Below, piece by piece: positions 20,536 through 30,153 of a DNA stretch of 64,000 nucleotides. Source of the DNA: Candidatus Saccharimonadota bacterium (GTDB lineage: Bacteria > Patescibacteriota > Saccharimonadia > Saccharimonadales > Saccharimonadaceae); the NCBI GenBank assembly GCA_016432585.1, contig CP066696.1:388113-452112 (forward strand), read 5' to 3'. The notes under the pieces are model-generated. The model was not told where the DNA came from. It saw nothing but the letters and a program-made list of their open reading frames with translations, and ran no database searches. Each line of letters starts with the position of its first letter. Position 1 is the stretch's first letter. The translations under genes and the position numbers were made by a program.

Positions 20536-21377
20536 TGTCGCTGAAGATTGCGTCGTGGAACGTTGAAAGCAGATTGCGCGGCTACGTTAAGGCGGGTCGT
20601 GGATCAGCGGCTGGAATTGTTGCATCGATCGCAAAACTCGACGCAGATATCATTGTTCTTCCCGAGGCATATCTTACAACTACCGCCGACACTGTTGACT
20701 CGCAGTTACGAGCTATGGGGTACGAGATGCACGATATCGCCTATGGAAGTGACGATCGTGATTGGTCGCAGGAATACATGGGCGAGATGCCGTATTTACG
20801 CGTTCTTAGCCGCGTTCCTATTTCAAATGTTCAAAAAAGCACATGGGCGAACGCGCGTAATCTTTTAACATTTACCGCTAAAGACCCAGCTACAAATAAA
20901 ACAGCTTTATTTTTGGCAACTCATCTCGATGATCGCAGCGAAGCCCTTCGCAACCAACAGATTGATGACATAGTGCCGTATATTAAAAAAGCAAAGCTGC
21001 CGACAGTAATGTTGGGCGATTTTAACGCGATGTGGGCGACGCCTCGCGCCAAAGTGCTGGGGTCGCGGGCTGTGCGATTTATCGCTCGTAGTGTGCCTCA
21101 TGCGCGAATTCGGGACATAGCAACGCGGCTTACGGATATGGCCACTGGAAGTATCTTGAAACGCCTAGAGACAGAGGTGGGGCTACGAGATGTCGATAGT
21201 AAAAAGCGGCCTACAACAACGCCAAAAATGCGCGAAATACCTTTTATGCCAAGTATTCGGTTGGTGCAAATTGACCATATCCTTGTTTCGCCAACGATCG
21301 AAGTTAAAGATCACACGATTTATCCCGATGGAGGCTCTGATCATAGAGCCATATCAGCTGAAATAACGATAAAATAG
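20535..21377 (+). CDS. endonuclease/exonuclease/phosphatase (EEP) family protein
   Basis: GTG overlaps the uvrB stop (ATGTAGTG). IASWNV N-terminal motif, LGDFNA, and C-terminal SDHRAI catalytic His. Confidence 0.75.
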   Translation: MSLKIASWNVESRLRGYVKAGRGSAAGIVASIAKLDADIIVLPEAYLTTTADTVDSQLRAMGYEMHDIAYGSDDRDWSQEYMGEMPYLRVLSRVPISNVQKSTWANARNLLTFTAKDPATNKTALFLATHLDDRSEALRNQQIDDIVPYIKKAKLPTVMLGDFNAMWATPRAKVLGSRAVRFIARSVPHARIRDIATRLTDMATGSILKRLETEVGLRDVDSKKRPTTTPKMREIPFMPSIRLVQIDHILVSPTIEVKDHTIYPDGGSDHRAISAEITIK

Positions 21378-21431
21378 TACGATATAACAGGGGTAATGCA
21401 TGATCGAACGCTTGCATTTTTATCCCTCTTG

Positions 21432-21440
21432 TGCTACAGT
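21432..21440 (+). promoter_or_regulatory. extended -10 promoter TGCTACAGT giving a ~135-nt 5' UTR for the DEAD-box helicase
   Basis: Matches the recurrent TGYTAYAMT motif seen at other gene starts in this window. Confidence 0.45.
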
Positions 21441-21575
21441 AGATAACATTGCATTCGATGAATGTCGAGCCTCTTTCAAAGATGAGCGCCCTACGAAACT
21501 AGCGCCACCACCGAAATATCCTCTCGCTGTTCTCTAGCAACTGCTACTAACAATATAACGAAAGGGTTATTCTTT

Positions 21576-22814
21576 ATGGCATTTCAACAACGACGCACAG
21601 GGCGTCCTAATAGTTCAGGTCCCCGAGGCGGAAGCTTTGGCGGCGGTAATCGAAGCGGTGGCGGTGGCCGACGCGGCGGTGGTAACCGTGGTCCTTCTAA
21701 AAAGTACATCCACCCATCAAAATTTATTAACAAAGCTGTCGCAAAGGCAGACGAAGTTATTTACGAATCGAAGCACAAGTTTGCTGATTTTCCGTTTGGC
21801 GCTCAGCTGCACCACAACATTTCAAGCAAGGGTTATGTAACGCCTAGCGCTATCCAGGACCAAGCGATTCCTTCTATTATCGAAGGCCGCGACGTTATTG
21901 GGCTTGCAAACACTGGTACGGGTAAAACTGCCGCGTTCTTGCTGCCAATTATCGAACGCCAAAGTGGCATTACACTTCGCCCAAGCGTTCTTATTGTTGC
22001 GCCAACTCGCGAGCTTGCTCAGCAGATTGACGAGCAGTTCCGTGAATTTAGCAAAGGTCTTAACCTCTACTCAACACTTATCGTTGGTGGTGTTAATATC
22101 GAGCGCCAAATCCGTGATATTAAGCGCCGTCCGCACTTTATTATTGGTACGCCGGGTCGTCTAAAAGACCTTATGCAGCGCCGTGTGCTTAACCTAAGCA
22201 ACATGACAACGCTTGTTCTTGACGAAGCCGACCGTATGCTCGACATGGGCTTTTTGCCGGACATTCGTCAAATCGTGAACGAAATGCCAAAAGAGCGCCA
22301 AACGCTGTTCTTTAGCGCAACGATCACGCCAGAGATTTCTGCGCTTGTTAATACATTCCTTACCGATCCTGTGACTGTATCTGTTCGTACATCTGAAACG
22401 GCCGAACACGTTGAGCAGGATGTTATTGAAGCAAACGACAAAATGCACAAACTCGAAATTCTTACCGACATGCTAAAGAACAAAGAATACGAAAAAGTTC
22501 TTGTGTTTGGTGAGACAAAGTTTGGTGTTCAGCGCCTTAGCGACCACCTGGATAACAGTGGCATTCCATCTGCTGCGATTCATGGTAACAAAAACCAGTC
22601 GCAGCGTCAGCGCGCACTAAAGCAATTTAAAGACGAGCGCGTTCGCGTGCTTGTTGCAACCGACGTTGCAGCTCGTGGTCTTGATATTCCAAATGTGACA
22701 CATGTTATTAACTTCGATACGCCGCAAACGTACGAAGACTACATCCACCGTATCGGCCGTACTGGTCGTGGTGGGGCATCTGGCCGTGCACACACATTCA
22801 TCGACCGTCGCTAA
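21576..22814 (+). CDS. DEAD-box ATP-dependent RNA helicase with an N-terminal Arg/Gly-rich region
   Basis: Q-motif region, ANTGTGKTA, LDEADRML, SAT and HRIGRTGRGG. The first ~40 aa are RGG-rich. Confidence 0.9.
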   Translation: MAFQQRRTGRPNSSGPRGGSFGGGNRSGGGGRRGGGNRGPSKKYIHPSKFINKAVAKADEVIYESKHKFADFPFGAQLHHNISSKGYVTPSAIQDQAIPSIIEGRDVIGLANTGTGKTAAFLLPIIERQSGITLRPSVLIVAPTRELAQQIDEQFREFSKGLNLYSTLIVGGVNIERQIRDIKRRPHFIIGTPGRLKDLMQRRVLNLSNMTTLVLDEADRMLDMGFLPDIRQIVNEMPKERQTLFFSATITPEISALVNTFLTDPVTVSVRTSETAEHVEQDVIEANDKMHKLEILTDMLKNKEYEKVLVFGETKFGVQRLSDHLDNSGIPSAAIHGNKNQSQRQRALKQFKDERVRVLVATDVAARGLDIPNVTHVINFDTPQTYEDYIHRIGRTGRGGASGRAHTFIDRR

Positions 22815-22822
22815 TACGACGT

Positions 22823-22864
22823 AAAATAAAATAGCACCGGTTTACGCCGGTGTTATTTTATTTT
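22823..22864. terminator. bidirectional terminator between the DEAD-box helicase and NUDIX genes
   Basis: AAAATAAAATAGCACCGG-TTTACG-CCGGTGTTATTTTATTTT, about 18 bp. Confidence 0.75.
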
Positions 22865-23246
22865 CGATAAGTTCTTTTATGTACGGATCGAGATTCAGTT
22901 GCATGGCGTCTTCGAGCGATAGCCACTTGGCGTCTGTGTGTTCGTCGCTAAGTATTGCTTCGCCGTCGCCGTCGACTAGGTACGTAAGCCGCACGACGTG
23001 TAGTTTGGTGCCGGCAAAAATGTCCTGTGCGGCAATAAGTGTGGGTGCGGCAGTGAGAACAATGCCTGTTTCCTCAAGGATTTCGCGCGTCAGTGCGCTC
23101 ATAAGATCCTCTTCTGGCTCTATTCGGCCGCCAGGAATATCCCAAATAGAGGTTTCGTGGCCATCGATAACTTTTGATCGATGAAGGAATAGATAGTTAT
23201 TCTGACTATTTTCGATAAGCGCTTTAACGCCGACTTGTAAGTTCAT
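22842..23246 (-). CDS. NUDIX hydrolase
   Basis: Nudix box GGRIEPEEDLMSALTREILEETG. Confidence 0.85.
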   Translation of the reverse strand: MNLQVGVKALIENSQNNYLFLHRSKVIDGHETSIWDIPGGRIEPEEDLMSALTREILEETGIVLTAAPTLIAAQDIFAGTKLHVVRLTYLVDGDGEAILSDEHTDAKWLSLEDAMQLNLDPYIKELIENKITPA

Positions 23247-23303
23247 AATTCTAGCGTATCATACATGTCGCTTCGGCGCATTTTTAGTGTAAAATAGGAG
23301 CAT

Positions 23304-24062
23304 ATGAAAGCAATGGTAGTAGTAGAAAATCTGAAAAAGCGCTACGGCGACAAGCAGGCGGTAAACGGTGTTAGTTTTGAAGTTAAAAAAGGCGAGATAT
23401 TCGGCATTTTAGGTCCGAACGGCGCCGGTAAAACGACCACACTCGAGATGATGGAGACGCTTCGTCCTATCGATGATGGCCGTGTCATAATCGATGGTAT
23501 TGATGTTACCCAAAACCCAGATAAGGTAAAGCGCCTTATTGGCGTGCAGCCACAATCGCCAGCATTCCAAGATAAAACTAAATTGGTAGAAGTTGTAGAA
23601 ATGTTTGCCGCGGCATACGGCGAGCGTGTTGACCCTATGGAATTTTTGCGCGATGTTGATTTGGTTGAAAAGGCGAATAACTATGTTGAGGATCTTTCAG
23701 GTGGACAAAAGCAGCGCCTCAGTATTACGACGGCGCTTGTGCACGGTCCGAAAGTATTCTTTTTAGACGAGCCAACAACGGGGCTTGATCCGCAAGCTAG
23801 GCGTCACTTGTGGGACTTGATTAAACAGGTCCGTGACAAAGGTATTAGCGTGATTATGACCACGCACTACATGGACGAGGCAGAGATTCTATGTGACCGG
23901 ATCGCTGTTATGGACAACGGCGAAATCGTGGCGATTGATACACCAAAGAATCTTATTAAACAATTGCTCGACCGTGGATTTAAGAAAAAACAGTTCGTCG
24001 AACAAGCGAACTTAGAGGATGTATTTATCGATTTGACCGGAAAAGGGCTGAGGGAGGCGTAA
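23304..24062 (+). CDS. ABC transporter ATP-binding protein (ABC-2/drug-exporter type)
   Basis: Walker A GPNGAGKTT, signature LSGGQKQR, Walker B FFLDEPTTGLD. Confidence 0.9.
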   Translation: MKAMVVVENLKKRYGDKQAVNGVSFEVKKGEIFGILGPNGAGKTTTLEMMETLRPIDDGRVIIDGIDVTQNPDKVKRLIGVQPQSPAFQDKTKLVEVVEMFAAAYGERVDPMEFLRDVDLVEKANNYVEDLSGGQKQRLSITTALVHGPKVFFLDEPTTGLDPQARRHLWDLIKQVRDKGISVIMTTHYMDEAEILCDRIAVMDNGEIVAIDTPKNLIKQLLDRGFKKKQFVEQANLEDVFIDLTGKGLREA

Positions 24063-24063
24063 C

Positions 24064-25173
24064 ATGAACAAATCACTATATACTGTTGCGATATTCGTAA
24101 AAATCAATACGAAGCGATTTTTCCGCGATAAATTGGCGCTGTTCTTTACTGTTGGATTTCCGTTGATCTTTCTTTTTGTGTTCGGCAGCCTAAATAGCGG
24201 CAGCGGGGATATGTCGTTTAACGTTGCGCTTATCAACGAATCGAATAGTACGTTTGCCACAAACTTCGTAAAGCAAGCCGAGGAAAGCAAGGTTCTTAAA
24301 ATCGATAAAGATGTCACCAGCCTAGAGGGTGCACGCGAAAAAATGAGCCGTTCTGAACTAGATGCGGCAATCGTACTGCCAAAGGACTTCGGTGCGATAA
24401 AAGATGGCGCCCAAACTCCTGCGGGCCAGGCAAAGGTTGTGTATACGCAGAACAATGAGCAATCTGGACAAGCGCTCGGGAGTATTCTTGACGCACAGTT
24501 CAAGGCGATCAACTCATCGCTGATTAAAACAGAAACGCCATTTAGCGTAACAACCGAACAGCTAAACGAGCGAAGTCTTTCGGCATTTGATTATACATTT
24601 GCCGGCCTCTTGGGTTTTGCGATTATCGGTATGGGAATTTTTGGGCCAGTAAACGTATTTCCTGAACTAAAGAAAATGGGAATTTTGCGTCGTCTTAGTA
24701 CAACGCCTCTTAAAGTGTGGCAATATTTCTTAGCGACAATGATCGGTCAGGCGGCGATTGGGTTGATTTCGCTGGCTGTTATGTTTGCAGTGGCAATCGG
24801 CGTATTCAAGTTGCAGGTTGTCGGTAATTACTTTGAGCTTGCTATATTCTTGGTGCTTGGTATTACGACAATCCTGGGTATTGGATTGGCACTTGGCGGT
24901 TGGGCACGCAATGAACGCCAGGCGGCGCCGCTCTCTAACATCATAGTGTTTCCTATGATGTTCCTTTCCGGGACGTTCTTCCCTCGGTTCCTTATGCCAG
25001 ATTGGCTACAGAATATTTCGGCATTTTTGCCGCTGACTCCGATTATCGACGGAATCCGTCTTATTGCGACAGAAGGTAAGCATTTTATCGATATTCTACC
25101 GCAGCTTGGCATGGTTGGCGCGTGGATGATTATCATTTACTTTATCGCCTTTAGGGTATTCCGCTGGGAATAA
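24064..25173 (+). CDS. ABC-2 type transporter permease
   Basis: 369 aa. N-terminal TM, large extracytoplasmic loop, five C-terminal TM helices. Starts 1 nt after the ATPase gene. Confidence 0.8.
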   Translation: MNKSLYTVAIFVKINTKRFFRDKLALFFTVGFPLIFLFVFGSLNSGSGDMSFNVALINESNSTFATNFVKQAEESKVLKIDKDVTSLEGAREKMSRSELDAAIVLPKDFGAIKDGAQTPAGQAKVVYTQNNEQSGQALGSILDAQFKAINSSLIKTETPFSVTTEQLNERSLSAFDYTFAGLLGFAIIGMGIFGPVNVFPELKKMGILRRLSTTPLKVWQYFLATMIGQAAIGLISLAVMFAVAIGVFKLQVVGNYFELAIFLVLGITTILGIGLALGGWARNERQAAPLSNIIVFPMMFLSGTFFPRFLMPDWLQNISAFLPLTPIIDGIRLIATEGKHFIDILPQLGMVGAWMIIIYFIAFRVFRWE

Positions 25174-25182
25174 TCGCTTAAT

Positions 25183-25212
25183 ACAAACACCCGCAGCAAT
25201 GGGGGTGTTTGT
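25183..25212 (+). terminator. terminator after the ABC-2 permease
   Basis: ACAAACACCC-(10 nt)-GGGTGTTTGT. Confidence 0.6.
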
Positions 25213-25265
25213 ATATTATGCGTAAGAACGGTGTAATTTATGTTTTCATCGGTTATAATAGACAT

Positions 25266-25556
25266 ATGACGCAAATTTCTCGTGACGATGTGCAGCATCT
25301 TGCACAGCTAAGTAGTTTGCAGCTCGGCGATGATCAGATCGACGGCCTGCAAAAAGATATAGATGCTATTTTAGGCTATATTGAGCAGCTTGGTGAGCTG
25401 GATACTGCTGGTATCGAGCCGACATACCAGGTAACAGCACTTGAAAACGTATGGCGAGACGATGTCGTGATCGACGATCAAGTAAATCGCGAGCAATTGC
25501 TTGATTTATCAACCGAGTCGACAAATCACCAAGTTAAAGTGCCGAAAGTGCTATAA
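25266..25556 (+). CDS. gatC: Asp/Glu-tRNA(Asn/Gln) amidotransferase subunit C
   Basis: 96 aa. ISRDDVQHLAQLSSLQL...IEPTYQV is typical GatC. TATAAT, then 6 nt, then ATG. Confidence 0.85.
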   Translation: MTQISRDDVQHLAQLSSLQLGDDQIDGLQKDIDAILGYIEQLGELDTAGIEPTYQVTALENVWRDDVVIDDQVNREQLLDLSTESTNHQVKVPKVL

Positions 25557-25557
25557 A

Positions 25558-26961
25558 ATGAGCCATATTCAGACAATTACAACTCAGATAAAAAACAAAG
25601 AAACGACAGCGCGCCGCCAGGTTGAGGCTGCACTTGAACGAGCTAGTGCCGCCGAGGAATATCACGCGCTTTTGAGTCTTACGGCAGAGCGTGCATTGCA
25701 GCGTGCCGACGACATAGATGCGCGCGTTGCTGCGGGCGACGACGTTGGCGTTCTTGCTGGCGTGCCATTTGTCGTAAAAGACAACTTTTTAGCGTTTGGT
25801 GCGCCGACTACAGCAGCGAGTAAAATGCTCGAATCGTTCGACGCACCCTTGCAGGCAACGGCTGTCGAAAAATTAGAGGAAGCCGGTGCAATTTGTATCG
25901 GTAAGTCTAACCTTGATGCGTTTGCTCACGGCGGTAGTACTGAGAACTCGGCTTTTGGCGTTACTAAAAACGCAATTGATACGACCAAGGTTGCAGGTGG
26001 AAGCAGCGGCGGATCTGCTGTTGTAACGGCGCTTGATGTCGTTCCTTTTGCCTTGGGTTCGGACACGGGTGGATCTATCCGTCAGCCGGCTAGCTTTAAC
26101 GGTGTCGTGGGTGTAAAGCCTACCTACGGTACGGTGAGCCGTTACGGGGTTGTGGCTATGGCGAGCAGCACCGATACGATCGGCTGTTTTGCGCGTGATA
26201 TTAGCGACGCAGAACTGGTAATGCAGGTTATGAGCGGACGCGATGTGCGTGATATGACAACGCTTCCTGACTTTTTTCAGCCGATGGAAGATGCGAAGCC
26301 CGCCCAGAAGATCGGTCTTATCCAGGAATCTATGAGCGATGATGTTGACCCAGAGGTTCGTGCTCGCGTAAACGACTACGTTGAAAAACTTCGTGGTGCG
26401 GGCCATGTTGTCGAAGAGGTGTCTATGCCTGTTACTAAGTATGCTTTGGCAATGTACTATATTATTGTTCCCGCAGAGGTTAGCAGTAACCTTGCGCGAT
26501 ACGATGGCATCCGTTATGGCCATAGGGCCGCTGGAGTGAAGACTCTTGCTGAGCTATATGGTAAAACGCGCGATGAAGGGTTTATGACCGAAAACAAGCG
26601 TCGTATTATGATTGGAAGCTATGTGCTTTCAAGCGGATTTTTTGACGCGTACTATCTGCAGGCGCAAAAAGCTCGCACGATTCTGATTAATGAATATAAT
26701 AAGCTGTTCGAAACCTACGATGCGCTTATTTGCCCCGTAACTCCTACACCTGCCTTTGGTATTGGCGAAAACGCGGACGATCCTGTGCAGATGTATCTTG
26801 CTGATATCATGACCGTGCCAGCTAGTCTTGCGGGATTGCCAGCAATGAGTGTTCCTGCGGGCACTACCGAGGCGGGGCTTCCGGTTGGCGTGCAGTTAAT
26901 TGGCAACCACCGTAGCGATGCGGCGCTATTTGCGCTTGCGCGTTCGCTGGAGGGTAAATAG
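25558..26961 (+). CDS. gatA: Asp/Glu-tRNA(Asn/Gln) amidotransferase subunit A
   Basis: Amidase signature GGSSGGSAVVTA and DTGGSIRQPA. ATG 1 nt after the gatC stop. Confidence 0.9.
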   Translation: MSHIQTITTQIKNKETTARRQVEAALERASAAEEYHALLSLTAERALQRADDIDARVAAGDDVGVLAGVPFVVKDNFLAFGAPTTAASKMLESFDAPLQATAVEKLEEAGAICIGKSNLDAFAHGGSTENSAFGVTKNAIDTTKVAGGSSGGSAVVTALDVVPFALGSDTGGSIRQPASFNGVVGVKPTYGTVSRYGVVAMASSTDTIGCFARDISDAELVMQVMSGRDVRDMTTLPDFFQPMEDAKPAQKIGLIQESMSDDVDPEVRARVNDYVEKLRGAGHVVEEVSMPVTKYALAMYYIIVPAEVSSNLARYDGIRYGHRAAGVKTLAELYGKTRDEGFMTENKRRIMIGSYVLSSGFFDAYYLQAQKARTILINEYNKLFETYDALICPVTPTPAFGIGENADDPVQMYLADIMTVPASLAGLPAMSVPAGTTEAGLPVGVQLIGNHRSDAALFALARSLEGK

Positions 26962-26962
26962 T

Positions 26963-27385
26963 ATGGATAGTACTGCGCTTTTTGCATTTATGGTAGGCGT
27001 GTTGGTGGTGGGTGTTATGCTTGCGGCTGTTATTATGTTTACGAAAAAAGGCCCGGGACCGCTCGATGTTGATAAGTACCGTTCGCGTTGGTTGGCGATC
27101 GAAACTCAATTAAAGCGCGACGAAGTCTCATCGTATCACTTGTGCGTTATGAATGCCGACAAGTTGCTCGACCAAGCACTTCGTGACCGCGCCATAAAAG
27201 GCGACACCATGGGTGCGCGTATGAAAACCGCAAAAGATACCTGGAGCAATGCCAATGCAGTCTGGACAGCGCACAAGCTACGCAATCAAATTGCACACGA
27301 GTCGGATGTTCGCGTTGACTACGACGAAGCGCGCCGTGCACTTTCTGCGTTCAAACAGGCTTTGAAAGATATAGGAGCAATCTAA
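26963..27385 (+). CDS. membrane-anchored DUF4145/HEPN-like domain protein
   Basis: N-terminal TM (LFAFMVGVLVVGVMLAAVIMF). C-terminal helical domain with GDTMGARMK...HKLRNQIAHE (R-x4-H). Starts 1 nt after gatA; its stop overlaps the gatB ATG (TAATG). Confidence 0.6.
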   Translation: MDSTALFAFMVGVLVVGVMLAAVIMFTKKGPGPLDVDKYRSRWLAIETQLKRDEVSSYHLCVMNADKLLDQALRDRAIKGDTMGARMKTAKDTWSNANAVWTAHKLRNQIAHESDVRVDYDEARRALSAFKQALKDIGAI

Positions 27386-28842
27386 TGGCTACTGAAGAAA
27401 TGCTAAAAAAATACGATATGACAATCGGTATAGAATGTCATGTACAGCTTGCAACCGACACGAAACTATTTAGCGGTGCCGATAACGACGCCCGCGACAA
27501 ATCGCCAAACAGTGTCGTGAGCCCGATTGACTATGGCTTGCCTGGCATGCTGCCGGTTCTTAACCGCAAGGCGGTTGATTTGGCTATTAAAGCCGGTAAA
27601 GCGTTGAATGCCAAGATTGCCAATGTTAGCCGTTTTGACCGCAAGCACTATTTTTATCCTGATCTTCCAAAGGGATACCAGACAACACAGATGTATCACC
27701 CGATTATCCTTGCCGGGTTTATCGATGCGCCACTAGAAGATGGTAGTACGACGCGTGTTCGTATTCACCATGCGCACATGGAAGAAGATGCAGGAAAGCT
27801 GACACACTATGGCGACTACAGTTTAGTCGACCTTAACCGAGCCGGAACGCCGCTTATCGAGATCGTGTCTGAGCCCGATATTCACTCGCCACAAGAGGCA
27901 AAGGCCTACGCAGCTGAGCTTCATCGATTGATGACGTATGCTGGTGTAACACGTGGTGATTTATACCATGGAAACATGCGTTTTGACGTTAACATTTCTA
28001 TTGCGCCAAAAGGTGCCTCCGAGCTTGGCAAACGGGCCGAGGTAAAAAACCTCAACTCGTTTAGGAGTGTCGAGAAAGCAGCCGAGTACGAATTTCATCG
28101 TCAGGTTGAGTTGGTTGAAAAGGGCGAGCGTGTTGTTCAGGAGACTCGTGGATGGGATGATGCAAAGCAGACGACAAGCAGCCAGCGCTCAAAAGAGGAC
28201 GCTCAGGATTACCGTTATATGCCAGACGCCGATATTCCACCAATTGTTCTAAGTAACGAAGAAATTGCCGAAATTCAGGCAACCGTTCCAATGCTTCCGC
28301 CGGAATACCGCGATAAATGGTCAACGCTTGAATTAGACCGCTCTGTTGTTGATTCACTGCTTTCGACCCGCGAATACGCCAGTGTTGTTACGTACATTCA
28401 AGAAAAATCTGGCAATAGCGTAGCGAAGCGTGTTGCGCACTGGTTTGCAAGCGCTCTTGGCGGTCGCAGCGATGAAGAAACGGGCATTGGTGAAGTTGTT
28501 GGCGACATTTCGCCCGAGGGCTTTATTGAACTTGCAAAAATGGTAGAAGCCAATGAGCTCAGCAGCACAGCCGCTAAAGAGATATTTATCGAACTGCTTG
28601 CAAGCGACAAATCACCTCGCGAAATTGCCGAGGCGAAGAACCTACTGCAGGTAAGTGACGAGTCTGCAATTGCAGCGATTGTCGACGAAGTGCTGGCCGA
28701 TCCAGCAAGCGCGCAGTCTATTGCGGATATCCGCGAAGGAAAAGACAAGGCGATCGGCTACCTTGTTGGTCAAATTATGAAAAAATCCCAGGGCAAGGCA
28801 AACCCTGCTCTGGCGCAAAAACTAATACGCGAGCGGCTATAG
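27385..28842 (+). CDS. gatB: Asp/Glu-tRNA(Asn/Gln) amidotransferase subunit B
   Basis: 485 aa. IGIECHVQL, YFYPDLPKGYQ(T/I)(T/S)Q and a C-terminal YqeY-like domain. Confidence 0.9.
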   Translation: MATEEMLKKYDMTIGIECHVQLATDTKLFSGADNDARDKSPNSVVSPIDYGLPGMLPVLNRKAVDLAIKAGKALNAKIANVSRFDRKHYFYPDLPKGYQTTQMYHPIILAGFIDAPLEDGSTTRVRIHHAHMEEDAGKLTHYGDYSLVDLNRAGTPLIEIVSEPDIHSPQEAKAYAAELHRLMTYAGVTRGDLYHGNMRFDVNISIAPKGASELGKRAEVKNLNSFRSVEKAAEYEFHRQVELVEKGERVVQETRGWDDAKQTTSSQRSKEDAQDYRYMPDADIPPIVLSNEEIAEIQATVPMLPPEYRDKWSTLELDRSVVDSLLSTREYASVVTYIQEKSGNSVAKRVAHWFASALGGRSDEETGIGEVVGDISPEGFIELAKMVEANELSSTAAKEIFIELLASDKSPREIAEAKNLLQVSDESAIAAIVDEVLADPASAQSIADIREGKDKAIGYLVGQIMKKSQGKANPALAQKLIRERL

Positions 28843-28904
28843 CTGCCCGCGTATTAGTTTCGATGATGCCGTACATTCTTAATATTGCATAAAGGAGGAA
28901 TAAG

Positions 28905-29801
28905 ATGAAACAACCAACAAAAGCGATTATTGCAGCAGCGGGCTTTGGCACGCGTTTTTTGCCACAAACAAAGGCAATGCCAAAAGAAATGATACCGCTT
29001 ATCGACAAGCCGATTATTCAGTATGTTGTTGAGGAGCTGGTTGAGGCTGGAATTAAGGATATTATTATCGTTGGAAGCAGCAACAAACGTGCGATTGAAG
29101 ATCACTTTGATGTTCCAAACCAGGATCTTTTAGCGAACTTGCGCGCGGGTGGTCCTAAAAAACAGCACTATATCGATGAGCTTGAGCGCCTATCGAACCT
29201 CGCGAACTTTATTTACGTACGTCAAAAAGGTCCATACGGCAATGCGACGCCGCTTATGAGCGCAGCACACCTTATTGGCAAAGACGAATCGTTTATTTAT
29301 ACATGGGCAGATGATTTTATCGTTGCGTCTCCAAGTCGCTTTCAGCAGATGATAAATGTCCATACGCAAAACAACGGCGGAGCTGTTCTGTCGTGTAAAA
29401 AGGTGGTTGTAGACAGTGAATACGACCGTTATGGAATCGCCGCGGGCGAAACCGTAGAAGATGGTCTTATTAAGATATCGAGTATCGTTGAGAAGCCTGG
29501 CAAAGAGAACGCGCCTTCGGATCTTGCGTCGGTCAGTAGTTATCTTTTGAATGGACAGTTCTTCGACTACTTGGAGCCAGCGTTTCAGGAATTTGATGGT
29601 ACTGGTGAATTTACATTCCAGCCAATTATGCAAAAAATGATTAACGAAGGTCATGAATATTTTGCGTACGAAGTACAAAATGGAAGTTATTACGACACTG
29701 GCGACAAGCTTGAATACCTAAAGACTGTGATTGATTTTGGGCTTGCGCACGAAGAGCTGGGCGCTGATCTTTTGGCTCATATTAAAACAAAGCTCAAATA
29801 A
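28905..29801 (+). CDS. galU: UTP--glucose-1-phosphate uridylyltransferase
   Basis: AAGFGTRFLPQTKAMPKEM and VEELVEAGI motifs. Confidence 0.9.
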   Translation: MKQPTKAIIAAAGFGTRFLPQTKAMPKEMIPLIDKPIIQYVVEELVEAGIKDIIIVGSSNKRAIEDHFDVPNQDLLANLRAGGPKKQHYIDELERLSNLANFIYVRQKGPYGNATPLMSAAHLIGKDESFIYTWADDFIVASPSRFQQMINVHTQNNGGAVLSCKKVVVDSEYDRYGIAAGETVEDGLIKISSIVEKPGKENAPSDLASVSSYLLNGQFFDYLEPAFQEFDGTGEFTFQPIMQKMINEGHEYFAYEVQNGSYYDTGDKLEYLKTVIDFGLAHEELGADLLAHIKTKLK

Positions 29802-29880
29802 TTTTATAAGTGTGATTTTGCGCAATAGCACCAAGATCGGTACAATAGAAAGTACTAACATTCTAAATAGGAGGTAGTAT

Positions 29881-30123
29881 ATGGGTTGGATTGGATGGAT
29901 TATATTGGGTGGACTTGCGGGGCTTGTCGCTAATATGATCATGAAAGAAGAGGGTGGTCTATTTAAGAACATTATTCTTGGTGTTGTCGGTGGGCTTGTT
30001 GGTGGTGGAATTGTCGACATGCTCGGTGGAACCGGCGTCAATGGGTTCAATATTTACAGCTTTATCGTTGCAGTATTCGGCGCGATGTTGTTGATCTACC
30101 TTGGCCGACTTATTAAAAAATAG
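29881..30123 (+). CDS. GlsB/YeaQ/YmgE family (transglycosylase-associated) stress membrane protein
   Basis: 80 aa, Gly-rich TM helices (GWIILGGLAGLVA...GVVGGLVGG). Confidence 0.8.
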   Translation: MGWIGWIILGGLAGLVANMIMKEEGGLFKNIILGVVGGLVGGGIVDMLGGTGVNGFNIYSFIVAVFGAMLLIYLGRLIKK

Positions 30124-30153
30124 TCAGATTTTTCTGGCGGATAGGAGAACGAA

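Noticed and set aside
25873-26523. 216-aa minus-strand ORF. The same applies to 24012..24512, 12471..12890, 19752..20201 and 60119..60607.
   Set aside because: All are antisense to confidently identified genes (gatA, the ABC-2 permease, tkt, uvrB, radA) and lack promoter/SD context.
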